From the NCBI RefSeq assembly GCF_006345805.1, contig NC_043006.1, positions 67,394,001-67,458,000 on the forward strand: a stretch of DNA of 64,000 nt, in the 5' to 3' direction. This document shows positions 39,615-52,280 of this stretch, piece after piece (position 1 is the stretch's first letter; each line of letters opens with the position of its first letter). This DNA comes from Octopus sinensis (Eukaryota). Below the pieces are notes generated by a model that was given only the letters and a program-made list of their open reading frames with translations, was not told the DNA's origin and made no database searches. The position numbers were made by a program, and so were the translations under genes.

Positions 39615-39990
39615 GAACGTGAAATACAGGAAGGGACGAACACGGAACACAGACAAATCATTCGAAGCCTTCAATCTTCAGTCAGACACCGAATCATCAT
39701 AGCAAATTTCGGCTGTTCAATTCTGAATTTGCTCCAACTCGGCCAGCCCCAAGAAAAAAAACTAAGCTGTAAGCATTAGATTTCTTGGTAGAAGACAGGA
39801 ATGTGAACGCACAAGACGGATGTGAATACAAGAGACGAAAACGAAATTGAAAACAGAAATGAATAAACAAATATATATAACGGTGTTGTCATACGACTTT
39901 AGACCAAATGAGACAAAAACAACACAACAACATAGCTGGCGTAGAAATATTACGTTTCGTAGCGGGGACACATGTTGGTCGAGATATATA
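39615..39990. repeat. (TA)n-embedded non-coding repeat; related copies at 41320-41700 and 41990-42400
   Basis: All three share cattcg(a/t)agccttc...(t/g)tcagtc, ccaag...cattagatt(t/c)cttgg and similar A-rich flanks. Confidence 0.7.
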
Positions 39991-40237
39991 TATATATATA
40001 TAATATTATTATATATATATATGTATGCATATAGATATATGTATGTATGTATATGTATGTATGTATGCATAAATGTATATATGAATATATATAATGTATA
40101 TATAATATATATATATATATATAATATATAATATATATATATATAATATATATATATATACATACATATTGGTAAAAACGGTAAGAGATACAAAAGAAGA
40201 AAGAGAGACCTCAATATTATATAAATAGAGAAAATTT

Positions 40238-40467
40238 ATCTGTAATTAATATGTGACAATTATACAATAGCCAAGATAAACTCTGAGTTTCGGATGCCGA
40301 AGTGGAAATCCACAACACCATCTCTTCGTTATCTGGCCACCTGAAAAAGGCGTTTTTCAGATGGCCAGATAACCGAAGAGATGGTGTTGTGGATTTCCAC
40401 TTCAGCATCCGAAACTCAGAGTTTTTATCTGGCTATTGTTATAATTGTCACATATCAATTTACAGAT
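40238..40467. mobile_element. Fold-back MITE: near-perfect 230-bp palindrome with a 4-nt loop
   Basis: Arms meet at ctgaaaaa-ggcg-tttttcag (loop 40349-40352); ends atctgtaa and ttacagat; same family as 23180-23382. Confidence 0.9.
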
Positions 40468-40489
40468 ATATATATATACTATATATATG

Positions 40490-40568
<79 letters not shown>

Positions 40569-40808
40569 TATTTATATATATATGCAGATATACGTATAAG
40601 TATATATATACATACGTATATGTGTATATGTGTGTGTGCATATATATGCATGCATGTATGTATGTACGGATGTTTGTATGTATGTATTACATATATATGT
40701 ATGTATATGTGTATGTTTGTATATTATATTATATATATATTAGAAACAGAGCAACTACCCCTGTGAGCTGCGACAGATATCCTAGATATAATACATGCAT
40801 TGTTAAAT

Positions 40809-40875
<67 letters not shown>

Positions 40876-40902
40876 AGACAGACATATAGATAGATAGATA
40901 GC

Positions 40903-40947
<45 letters not shown>

Positions 40948-40984
40948 CGATCGATAGATACAAAAGATAGATAGATACAAATCT

Positions 40985-41232
40985 GCATAGGTGGAAGTAG
41001 ATGTCTTCAAAAAGGAACGAGACAACATCCCCTTTCCACAATACCAGATGAACCAACAGCCCCACATGAGGTGCAGACGAGGGCAGATGAATCAAACTCC
41101 CTTATACACCCACTGTACTAACAGCTGGAGAAAGGCACATACAGGAGTTTTGAGTGAAACACCCAGACTGAGGAGTCAGAAAGATCATGGTGGTGCTACA
41201 CAGCATGACTACGGCCGTATAGCTGAAACGAG
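40985..41232 (+). mobile_element. CR1-like LINE extreme 3' end, decayed
   Basis: VDVFKKE...ataccagatgaacc (IPDEP-like) followed by ggtggtgctacacagcatg...tagctgaaacgagtaagaga. Confidence 0.65.
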
Positions 41233-41262
41233 TAAGAGAGTGTGTGTATGTATGTATATATC

Positions 41263-41316
<54 letters not shown>

Positions 41317-42958
41317 TAAATGTAAAAAATACAAACTGGGACAAGAACGTGAAACTTTAGAAGACGATACAAAAACACGGACGGGACATTCGAAGCCTTC
41401 AATCTTCAGTCCGAACCGGATCATCTTCACAATTTCGGCTGATTAATCTTGAGATTGCTCCGATCTGGCCAGCCCCAAAGAAAATCTAAGCCAAGCGCAT
41501 TAGATTCCTTGGAAGAAAGCCTCGAATGTATACAACACAAGGACGAAAAACGGACGATGTTACACGAATAAAAAATAACAAAAATACGTAAAAACAATAA
41601 TGATAATAATAATAACAACAAAAACAGGACGTCACAGACAGCGTCTTTTCGACAGGACGAGTAATTTTGAGCTGGCGTTAGAAGAAGCCTGAGGGCTACA
41701 GAGAGACAAAAAAGTGGTGTCTTGCCGCAACGGCTGCTGGACACGAAAGGCCAGCATCGGTGGCTAGTCACGTGAGGGAAAAGAGAGGAAAAGAGGGACG
41801 ATGAAGAGAGAAAGAAGGGAACAAGGAACAAAGGAGGAGGAGAAGAGAGAGAGAGAGAGAAAGAGACAGATCAAGTGGAGTGCAAAGTGTGAAAGGCAGA
41901 GAAATGTAGGAGAGGGGGAGAGAGACAGTGTTGTAGAGTCGTACCATGTGTTAAAGAATATATACTTACGTATAGGTTCAAAAAGGGTACGTCGACGCTT
42001 ATATATATATGTAAATGTAAAAAATACAAACTGGAACAAAAATGCAATAGAGGACAATAAAACATTCGGACAGATAGACGATACAAAGGCGGACAGGAAA
42101 AACAACAAATAGAGCGACAGAAAAAAAATCGGGTCATTCGTAGCCTTCTTTCGTCAGTCAAGTTTCCAGATCTCCTTACAGTTTCGGACAGTTGCACTTG
42201 AGAATGTTCAATCTGGTTGTCCCCAAACAAGTCTAAGCTTATAACATTGGATTTTTTAAGGAAAGCAAGCGAATGTGTACAACAACAAGGAGAAAAAATG
42301 GAGAACATGTTACAAACAATACAAAAAACGAGTATGTAACAGGTGTCTTTCGACTAATGAGGACGAATCAAATTGAGCTAGCGTTTACAAAGTGAAAGCC
42401 TTGAGGCAGGAACGTAGAATAGGGACATAAGAAAGAAAGATCATGGCTGGCGAATACCGGAGGAGGAGAGGGGGTAGGGTCAATGGGATAGAAGAATTAG
42501 GGGAAGAACGGAAAAGAGAGAAAAAAATCAAAGAGACAAAGAGAAAGGTACAGGGAAGATAAACGAGGAGGAAAAGTAAGAGTTATAGAAAGAGGAGGCC
42601 AAGAAATGTGAGAAAGGAGGAGCGAGAAAAAGAAAAGTATGTGGGGACTAAAAGACAGAGTAAAGAAGCGTACAAATTTAGATACAATACTTACAAGGGA
42701 GCAAAAGTGTAAGTGTACGTACATATATACATATGTGTATATTATATATATATATATATAATATATATATATATATATTATATATATATTATATATATAT
42801 ATATGCATATTTATATATATATACATATATATACATACGTTTTGGTTTTAATAATTTCCTTCACGTCTACACCGTTACCGTAGACAAATGCTTCCTCTCT
42901 ATTCCGTTGCATCAAACATTAAATATAGTTGGCGTGTGTTTATCTCTTTCTCTCTACT

Positions 42959-43001
<43 letters not shown>

Positions 43002-43366
43002 TGCGCACAATAAAACAAACAGACACAAATTTCTCACATTAATACTATATATATTTGACAATTGCCCCCCCCCCACACACACACACATACATTTGCAAGC
43101 ACACACACACACACACACAGATGCAGTTATATACACACAATCATACACACAAACACTCAAGCTCATTAACAAAACATACACCCATCAATCCCCATACATA
43201 CAGCATACATACTGTCCCCTTCCTAATTTTTTTATAACTTCCTCCTTCCATCCAGTTTTGACGACATTGCTTATAACAGATTATTTTAAATAAATACTCA
43301 TTATCACTGTGGAAATCATGTAGGCAGACGGTAAGAAGCTTTTGTTCGTCTTGAGGCTGACAGAGG

Positions 43367-43463
43367 TTCCTTGTATTTCCTGATGAGAAGACGGCATAAT
43401 GCAACCTTCATTCCTTCGGATTAAGAGTATGCAGTCTTCGAAACATATGTCGAAGTAAAGGAA
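43367..43463 (+). ncRNA. Canonical type I hammerhead ribozyme
   Basis: UUCCUU(G)UAUUUC CUGAUGA GAAGAC..GUCUUC GAAA CAUAUG UC^ GAAGUAAAGGAA. Stem I is 12 bp with one bulge, stem II is 6 bp plus a GCAUA/UAUGC extension, stem III is the palindrome ACAUAUGU. Predicted cut after 43451. Confidence 0.88.
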
Positions 43464-43516
43464 TTTTGTTAAAATCTTCGTTCAACTCCATTCTTTTCAT
43501 TTATCTATTATATATC

Positions 43517-43601
<85 letters not shown>

Positions 43602-44189
43602 CATATATATACATACATACACAGATACATACAGACATACGTAGTGTGTGTGTGTCCCATTGGAATTCACACACAAGGTACAGGAAACTTATATGTGTAC
43701 CATTCTGCTGAAAGGACATATAAAATATCCCGGAAACAGCTGTAAGACCTCCTCTTTATAAATGTTCTGAAATCTCTCACAGACTTGGATTTTTTAATTT
43801 AATTCTGTTAATTTTATATATGTATATATATATATATATGCACATATGAGATAAATGTGCTAAATTTTGTTGAGAACATTTCTTAGTGGTAAGACTATAG
43901 TGGATCTACTTCTAGCATAACAGTTGTCGACATAGTGGTCATCCCTCTCATATGTATGTAATACAATTTTCTGAACCTTCAGATTTTAATATGCTAGACC
44001 ACTGGTTTTAAATTGATGTTAATCAACTTAATATCCAATTTTTCTCCCTCATTTTAAATTTATATATATATTTATATATACATTCATATCTATATACATA
44101 CATGCATGCATAGATAGACGCATTCTTACAAACATACATACATATGTACATACGTATAGATGAGATGTGCGTAGATCAGACCGTCTTCC

Positions 44190-44480
44190 CTTGTCTTTGC
44201 AGACATTAATTAGTTTATCCTCAGCAAATGCGATTTGTATCAAACATCCTCGCGCCCCACACTACTAATAGTCCGCTCCGACACCTCCGACACCTCCGAC
44301 ACCTGTTCTTGGCTTTTCATTAATTTTCCAGGGTCATCATCGATAACTCTTTGAACCTTATTGATGAACTACGTTGTACTTATAGTTTCCGAACGTTCAG
44401 AATGCTTGGTTTCTTTCCTCTTTGGCAAAAATGAAATATTCCCGCCGGAGGCTTACAAATCTGCAATGGAGTATCAGGAA
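44190..44480 (-). mobile_element. Tc1/mariner-superfamily (maT-like) transposase N-terminal remnant
   Basis: Minus translation KHSERSETISTT*FINKVQRVIDDDPGKLMKS...VSERTISSVGREDV*YKS resembles an HTH region; it contains stops and a tripled 9-mer acacctccg. Confidence 0.5.
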
Positions 44481-44548
44481 ATTTTTTTTTTAATAATTGT
44501 TTGAAAGCGAGTAACGTACTGATAATTAAGTGTCCTTCACACCCAGTC

Positions 44549-44599
<51 letters not shown>

Positions 44600-45549
44600 G
44601 TGGGTGTGAGAGAGAGAGAGTGTGTGTGTGTGTGTGTGTGCGTGTGCGAGTGTGTGTGTGTGTGTGCGTATTTGAATAGAATTTGTGTGAAAAACTTGTA
44701 GTATGCTATGCAAAGCTCGTCCGTATTTGTTGGCCATCGGATCTCATCGTACAGTGGGGATGTATTTGTATATGCATCCGGAACTCCATAGTCTCGGTAA
44801 AGTCTTTATAAATAGATAAATAAGAGAAAATGGATTCAATGACATTATTTATTTTATATCACTTCAGTTGTTTTCCACACATTGTCACACCGGTAGTAAA
44901 ATGGTTGAGCTGATATAATTAACATATCGCTATCATCCAGCAATGATTTAAAATGTGTTTCTTCGGGTGATTGTTTTGAATAGGTCCTTCATTAGATCTT
45001 ATTGTCATTTCGTTCTATACAAAAATGAATACCCAGAGCCGTATGCTATTTTCAGCAAATTGCAGGCAAAACTTAACCCATAGATACAATGACGGGAAGA
45101 ACAAAAATTATTATCAAAATACAGAAACAAGCAAACAAAGAGACGAACAAAAAACATTCCCATGTCAACTTAATTATAAATTACAGTTGAAATCGTTGGC
45201 CATTAATCCTACAATAGACTGTTTTCCTTTTCAAGGAGAATGTTGTAATTTCGCTCACTTTTGGGCAACGAAAAGCGAGTAACAGTCCTTATGAGTCCTA
45301 CATCACAAGAAAAATATGCTACAGAGCTGGTATTTAATACACAATGCAAGGAATTTTAGAGATGCAGAGAAGCGATCTTTGATATGGAAATATTCTCATT
45401 TAAATTGGCGAGTAACTGCTATTGGGTGTGCGAGCAAGAAGGAACTATGAATCAGAAATTCACCCAAAGTGCGGTTGCGTCTGAAGAAAAGGAGCAGGTG
45501 TTGGGGAATGATGTGGTATGTGGTGGGGCGTAATTTAAGCACATGGATA

Positions 45550-45815
45550 AGGAGATGAGCTTGGCAGAGTCGTTAGCGTGTCGAACAATATATTTAATGG
45601 TATTTCTACTGATTCTTTACGCTCTGATTTCAAATACCACAGGCAATCAACTTTGCCCTCCATCCGTTTCGGAGTCGATAAAATAAAGTACAAGGGACGA
45701 TTAAATAAGTACCAGGCAAATACTGGCGTCGATAAAATAAAATACCAAGCAAGTTCTGGGGTTGATGTAACCGGCCTTCCTCCCATTAGACTTGCTGGCT
45801 TTATGTCAAAACTAG
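45550..45815 (+). mobile_element. SINE family B with duplicated central segment
   Basis: Head ggcagagtcgttagcgtg; gtcgataaaataaa occurs twice (about 45675 and 45730). Confidence 0.75.
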
Positions 45816-46639
45816 AAAGAAATTTGAAGGCATGGAAGTGCTGTAGAATAATGTGCTGAAGAGATTAACTGAAAGGATAGAGAATGAAGATGGAAAGCTA
45901 TTGGTGGATGGGCGGAACGAAGTATGAAGACGGAGGGCGTGAAATATTTATCGTTGCTATTTTGAGGTCATTGGCAGTTGGATGCTTTTGTAGCAGCTGT
46001 CGAAAACTGGTCAGTTGTTTCACGTGGTGTCCTAATGATTGTAAGCTTAAGAATTCTATTTCCTAAAATAATCTGCTATTATTTCTTCGCCGTTCTCATT
46101 TGTATGAATACATTTTCATTCATGAAACATTCTTTTATATTCAGCAAATATCACTCGCTGACTCAATTGTTTTGTCGTGAAATAATTACGCCCTGGATGT
46201 AATCCATCCCAGTGTGATTACAAGTTCTTCATATGGCCCACGGAGTATTTTTTTTTTTCCTATTACAGTATTTACATAAGTCATTACGGAATTCATCACT
46301 CTAGGAAAAATGTACTCTATATTTCCTATTTTGTCTCTAACAACTGAGATTCGATTTGCTTTTTTTCTTTAGTATTTATTTTATGGTTGAAGTTCTCCAG
46401 TCTTCTTGCTACTGTCGCAGTGTGCAGTCACGTTGTTAGGATTCTCTGCGTGGCACATTCAAGTACGAGACAAGTATTTCTGCGAGCTTGAATAAAAATG
46501 TTTCGTTAATGAATGCAACCAGAAGAATAACAAGTTATTTAATATGGCTGATTGTTCTGGTATTAATGTAGGAAATGGCTGCCGTCAATTCAACAGACTC
46601 ACTTGCCGAATATGCATCTCTACATGCCGAGTGGTGTGC

Positions 46640-47310
46640 AAGTTTGTAGTGTGTATATATGTTGTTGTTTTTTGTAGTTTGTGTGGGTGTTAGTGAGTTT
46701 TTGTATGTGTCTGTGTGTGTTTCTGTGTGGTTTTGTGCTTGTGTGTGTATGTTTTTTCGACTGTATGTGTGTGTGTGTTTGTGTGTGCTTGTGATTGTGT
46801 GTGTGAGTATGTTTTTTCGTGTATATGTGTGTTTGTGTTTGTGCATGTGTGTGTTTTTGTGATTGTGTGTGTTTGTTTGTGTGTGTTTCTGATTGTGTGT
46901 GTGAGTATGTTTTTTCGTGTATTTGTGTTTGTGATTGTGTGTGTGAGTATTTTGTTCGTGTGTATGTGTGTTTGTGTTTGTGCTTGTGTGTGCGTTTGTG
47001 ATTGTGTGTGTATGTTTTTCGACTGTTATGTGTGTGTGTTTGTGTGTGCTGTGATTGTGTGTGTGAGTATGTTTTTTCGTTTGTATATGTGTGTTTGTGG
47101 TTGTGCATGTGTGTGTGTTTTGTGATTGTGTGTGTTTGTTTGTGTGTGTTTGTGATTGTGTGTGTTTGTGTGTGTGTGATTGTGTGTGTATTTTTTCGTG
47201 TGTATGTGTGCTTTTGCGTGTGATTTGTGTGTGTGTGTTTGTGTGTGTGTTTGTGATTGCGTGTATGTGTATGTTTTTTCGCGTGTGTGTGGTGTGTGGT
47301 GTGTTTTTAT
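46640..47310. repeat. TG-rich higher-order cryptic repeat
   Basis: Modules gtgattgtgtgtgtgagtatgttttttcgtg recur within (TG)-derived sequence. Confidence 0.8.
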
Positions 47311-48193
47311 TTTTGTTTCTCATTTCTCTCCCGCAGAGAAACTCGAGTCTTCAACATGGCGAATCTGTTTCGTTGTTTTACCATCGGAATTAAGACATCA
47401 GTCTACTTTTGTATGCAATGTATATCTTCATGTACACGTGTAACTGTGCGTGTGAATGCGTCTATATTTGTATCTGTAAATATTACAGAGCAGGCACCTG
47501 CAATATCTTTCATGTATGCAGAATTCCGCTAATGGTTTGTAATTGAAATATTCTAATTAACCATCTCCGTTCTGATTTTGTAGAATTTATCTTCTCAACA
47601 CTTGTACGAAGGCATTTGGTTCCTAAACATATACCCCAGTAATCACATACGACTACCAGTGACAGGACCGTTGGGATCGTGTATTGCTACGCAAGGGGAC
47701 TATTTCGGAAGACATGGTGTTAAAACTTAAGTAAATAATTTATTTTTATTAAACATACTTTTTGATACCACTTCGCATGAATCTAAAGTTTATAATACCA
47801 GTGTATCACCTACATATCCTCATTAGTTTACCATAGATATATGCACCCATCTATCTATTTACTTATCTATTTATCTATCTATCTATTTTTCTACTTATCC
47901 ATCTCTCTCCCTATCTATCTACCTCTCTCTCTACCTATTTATCTATCTACTTATCTATCTTCCTATCTGTCTATCTAGCTACTTATTTATCTACCTATCT
48001 ATCTACCAATTTATCTATCTACTTACCTACCTATCTATCTACTTACCTACCTATCTATCTACCAATTTATCTACCTATCTATATATCTACCTGTCTACCT
48101 ATTTATCTATTCATCTATCAATCTATCTACCTATTAATCTATTTATTTATTCATCCGTCTACCTATCCATTTACCTATCTATCTAACAATCTA

Positions 48194-49450
48194 CGAGGGG
48201 TCCTGAAAAGTTCCTGTCTTTAAGAGTATAGCTGAAGAGTAGAGCTGTTACATTTACCTGTGATTTAGGACAACCATTTAAAAGATATACAAAAATTCAT
48301 GATGGTATACACATTCCTCTTTCTCTTTTTGCTGTTCCTAGAGTAGATTTTGGTAAAGTTGAAGCACAGACAATCATGAAGTTCCTCTTTTTGCAAAGCA
48401 AAGGAGAAGCAGAAAATCATGGCAAGGCTATGGAAGTCTTGAAGGATGGCGGCCCATCTTACTCCACAGTGAAAATCTATATATAAAGGTTTAGGACTGG
48501 TCGTTTCGAGGTCACAGATGAACCCTGATCAGGACGGCCAACTTCCGCGAATACAGAAGACATAGTCGACGCTGCGCACGTTGTGATTCTCGAGGACCAC
48601 CAGATTTCAGCTAAAGTCAGAGCTGAGACTCTGGCGATTGCCCGTGAAAGAGCTGACCAGATTTTCCACAATATTCTGGTCATGAGAAAGCTTTCCGAAA
48701 AATGGCTGTCGAAATACCTGAATGCAAATCAAAAGAGCATCAGAGTGACATCAAGGGTGATTCGGGATGGGTTTGCAAGGGAAGAGGCTGATTTTATGGC
48801 TGGTTTAGTCACCATTGATGAAACTTGGCTTCATCATTATGATCTACAGACTAAGCAGCAACCAATGGAGTGGCGACACAGCGGTTCATCGCGTCCCAAG
48901 AAGTTTCGGATCCAAAAGCCAGCTCAAAAGATTCCGGCTTCAGTGTTCGGGACAAAAACAGAGTACTCCTCATGAAATATCTGCCAAAGAGTCGCACCAT
49001 CAACACAGACTATTACATGTCTTTGATGGATGAAATGCGTGAAGTTTTGAAGTAGAAACGCTGTAGAAAGCTGAGCTGTGGTGTCCTGTTTTTGTAGGAC
49101 AATGCACCACCATACACAGCACATTAAGCTCTTCGGAAAATATGCGACTTTGGCTTCGAATTGGTAGACAACCCACTCCTGACTTGACTCCCTCCGACTA
49201 TCACATATTTACACAACTGAAGAAACATCTCAAGGCAACGGAATTTCACTCCGCTTCGAAAGTGATCGCCGCTACAGAGGCTTCGTTGGGTGCCCAAACT
49301 TCTGAATTCGTTTTACAAGGCTTAGAAAACTGAAGGACCACTGCAATAAATGTGTGAATCTAAGAGGGGAATATGTTGAATAAAATTTTAATTAACTGAT
49401 TCCCTCTATTTTCTTTTGCCTAAGGTCAGGAACTTTTCAGTACCCCCTCA
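48194..49450 (+). mobile_element. Mariner (DD34D-type) DNA transposon, near full length, inactive
   Basis: TIRs cgaggggtcctgaaaagttcctg and caggaacttttcagtaccccctca with TA on both sides. Transposase about 48376-49383 has SGRP, LVTIDETWLHHYD, DNAP, PDLTPSDY and GEYVE*, with stops and frameshifts. Inserted in a decayed (CTAT)n tract. Confidence 0.92.
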
Positions 49451-50091
49451 TATCTATCTATTTACCCATCTATCTACCCCACTACCTACCTACCAATCTA
49501 CCTACCCATCTTCCTACCTATCTATTTATCTATCTGCTTATCTATCTACCTGTCTATCTTTCCATTATGACTAATTTGCTTTTAATTATACATTTTGCTT
49601 GTTCATTTAGATCTTTTGCAATTATGTCTCATTTTGGTTGACTCATGTCCCCCAAACATTTTAATCTTTTTATGAATCCAACGTGTTTAGGCTCAGATGT
49701 AACGTATAATTCATATAATTATATATATTTCCAATGTATTTTGTAGTTATAGTCACGGTTAATGTGAAGGCTAATGTTTTTGAGCCACGGGTTTTTTTTC
49801 TGTCTATTCATTCTCAATTTATATTTGATATTAAATAAGACGATATTCCTTAAGATTTACAACTTTTTGCCCCGCTTAAATTTTAGAGTTATTCATTCCT
49901 TTCAAGTTGTCCCAATTCTACAGCTGTGTCAAAGTAGACATTATAGACTTCTGACTGTACAACCCGTGGGTATCTTTCATCAAAAGGTTTCTCAACTACT
50001 TTGTTTATGTACGTTATGGTATGAGTTCTTATATAGAAATCTATATGTAATCTTGTCTGCCTTTTATAGCTCAGCTTTCCCGTAATATGGT

Positions 50092-50476
50092 TTCAAATTT
50101 TGCCACAAGGGCAGCAGTTTTGGGTGAGGGGTAAATCAATCACCTCGACTCCCAGTACTTAATTTATCGACCCCAAAAGGATGAAAGGCAAAGTCGACCT
50201 CGGTGGAAGTTGAACTCAGAACGTAGCGGCAGACGAAATAGCTATTTCTTTACTACTCATAAGGGGCAAACACAGAGAGGACAAACAAGGACAGACATAC
50301 GGATGAAGTCGATTATATTGACTCCAGTGCGTAACTGGCACTTAGTTTAATAGACCCCGAAAGGATGACAGGCAAAGTCGACCTCGGTGGAATTTGAACT
50401 CAGAACGTAGCGGCAGACGAGATACCGCTAAGCATTTCGCCCGGCGCGCTAACGTTTCTGCCAGCTCACCGCCTTA
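50092..50476 (-). mobile_element. Dimeric SINE family B insertion with a single 19-bp target-site duplication
   Basis: agctttcccgtaatatggt at 50073-50091 and 50477-50495; two consecutive bodies, the second lacking the head. Confidence 0.85.
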
Positions 50477-50574
50477 AGCTTTCCCGTAATATGGTATGTT
50501 GTCTGTGTATAAGAGGTAATTACATACGTCCGAATATCGGACTGACCACTACGGTTGCCATGTTATTTATTTAT

Positions 50575-50627
<53 letters not shown>

Positions 50628-50631
50628 TGTA

Positions 50632-50849
50632 CGAGGGGTTGCTGAAAAGTTCCTGGTTTGGAGTAAAAGAAAATACTGGCGGACCTGTTAATTATGATTT
50701 TTATTCAACATATTGCCCTCACAGATTCACACACTTATTACAGCGGTCCTTCAATTTTCCTAAACCCTGTAAAAGAAGTCGGAATGTTGGGCCTCCCACC
50801 AGGCCTTTCGCGACACCCTTAAAGCCAGCAACTTTTCAGCACCCTCTCT
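50632..50849 (-). mobile_element. Internally deleted mariner derivative (about 220 bp)
   Basis: Ends cgaggggttgctgaaaagtt and aacttttcagcaccctc; the interior is the reverse complement of the mariner 3' end at 49310-49385. Confidence 0.8.
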
Positions 50850-50865
50850 TACTCGAGAGATGTGA

Positions 50866-51180
50866 AGATGCGTGGCTTAGTGGTAACAGGTATTCAGCTC
50901 ACGATCGTAAATTCGTGAGTTCGAGATCCGGCGGCGAGTTGTGTCTTCATCAAAACACTTCATTTGTTGCTCCAGCTTTTGTCCGCTGACAAAAATGAGT
51001 AGTATCTGTAATTCAAAGGGCCAGACTCGTCATATCCTGTCTCATCCGGAATCTTCCTGAGAACTATGTTAACGGCACTCGTGTCTCTTAAGTGCTCAGA
51101 AACTTGCACATTAATTGCATGAGCAGGCTGTTCCGTTGACCGGAACAACTGGAAACCGCGTTCGTCGTAAACGACGGAAT
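50866..51180 (+). mobile_element. SINE family C-related copy
   Basis: Head gcgtggcttagtggta...gagttcgagatcc; tail caggctgttccgttgaccggaacaactggaaacc shared with 31660-31698. Confidence 0.75.
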
Positions 51181-51324
51181 ACCTGTACTGAAAGGATTCA
51201 CCGAAAGTAATATAAGAGTAGATATAACTATTTTTATTGGCTGACGTGTCGTTAAAATTGCACATGTACCTATAATCTACAGAAACACTTCATCCTGTTC
51301 TTCTCCATTCTTTTTTTTTTTTTC

Positions 51325-51530
51325 TACTCAAGGCACAAGGCCTGAAATTTTGAGCGAAGAGGCTAGTCGATTATATCGACCCCAGTACGCAACTGGTACT
51401 TAATTCATCGACCCTGAAAGGATGAAAGGCAAAGTTAAACTTGGCAGAATTTGTGCTCAGAACACGAAGACAGACGAAGTACCGCTAAGCATTTCGCCCG
51501 GCGTGCTAACATGTCTGCCAGCTCGCCGCC
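51325..51530 (-). mobile_element. SINE family B
   Basis: Reverse of ggcggcgagctggcagacatgttagcacgccgggcgaaatgcttagcgg. Confidence 0.85.
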
Positions 51531-51639
51531 TTCTTGTTCTTCTTCATTGCAATCAACTAATCGGTTCGGAAGCGAAAGCAACATGCCATGATTGGGTTCT
51601 TGATAAAGGAAGAAGAGTGCAAGCTGCACGTCATCAAAG

Positions 51640-52280
51640 GAAGGCTACGGGTTGTTTACAGAGATGATACCATTTGCATAGACGGATGAAGAAGAAACCA
51701 GCATTGAAGTCAAATGCGTAGCAGGAGACTATCAACTGCGACCACTGACACGAATTGTCAGCCACAAGAGGAATTGATTCGCGCAGGTAATCCTTTCAAA
51801 TTCCCTGAACTTGTTACACAACTGGATTGTAAATTCATTACACAAGATGGTGAAAGAGCTAGGGTAACAGACTGCAGATAGCTTGGTAGTTGAAACGTGA
51901 TTTAAAGGGAGTGGAAGTATTTTCTGATCTGTCTGAATCGTTTGAAAGCAATGAAGACAAGCTTTTTTCTCAATTGGAAAATGAAGCATGGACATGTCTT
52001 AAGGAATCAAAAACGAAAACTCTGCCTATGAAATGTTGTCACTCAACTTCTCCACGGTGTGAGTTCAAGAGCTAACGAACGACGCAGAAAGTCATGGTGA
52101 TTGTCTTGAAGGATGAAAAAAGGAAACAATCTCTTTGATTTTCTGGAACGTGGCTATACCATGAACAGTGAATGGTGCATTGCGACACTAAAAAATATTA
52201 GAGAAGCCATAAAGAGGAAGAGATCGAAGGATGTCAAAACTAATCCCATTGACCATGACATACGCGGTCATCCACATCTT
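51640..52280 (+). mobile_element. Highly decayed mariner transposase remnant
   Basis: QKVMVIV then DFLERGYTMNSEW..ATLKNIREAIKRKR...HD, spread over shifted frames. Confidence 0.6.

Noticed and set aside
39655-42160. CUGA(A/C)GA-N11-GAAU motif on the minus strand of three related repeats as an HHR
   Set aside because: No consistent stem I or stem II pairing could be drawn across the three copies, and GAAA is absent.
43256-43330. Plus-strand exon (strong acceptor, gtaaga donor) and the minus ORF 43141-43404
   Set aside because: Stops occur in all three frames from the strong acceptor; the adjacent sequence is better explained by the HHR element.
45262-47410. Several strong splice-like sites (45481 minus; about 46370, 46570 and 47337 plus)
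   Set aside because: They are either closed in all frames or give unrecognisable peptides; polypyrimidine-AG occurs often by chance in this composition.
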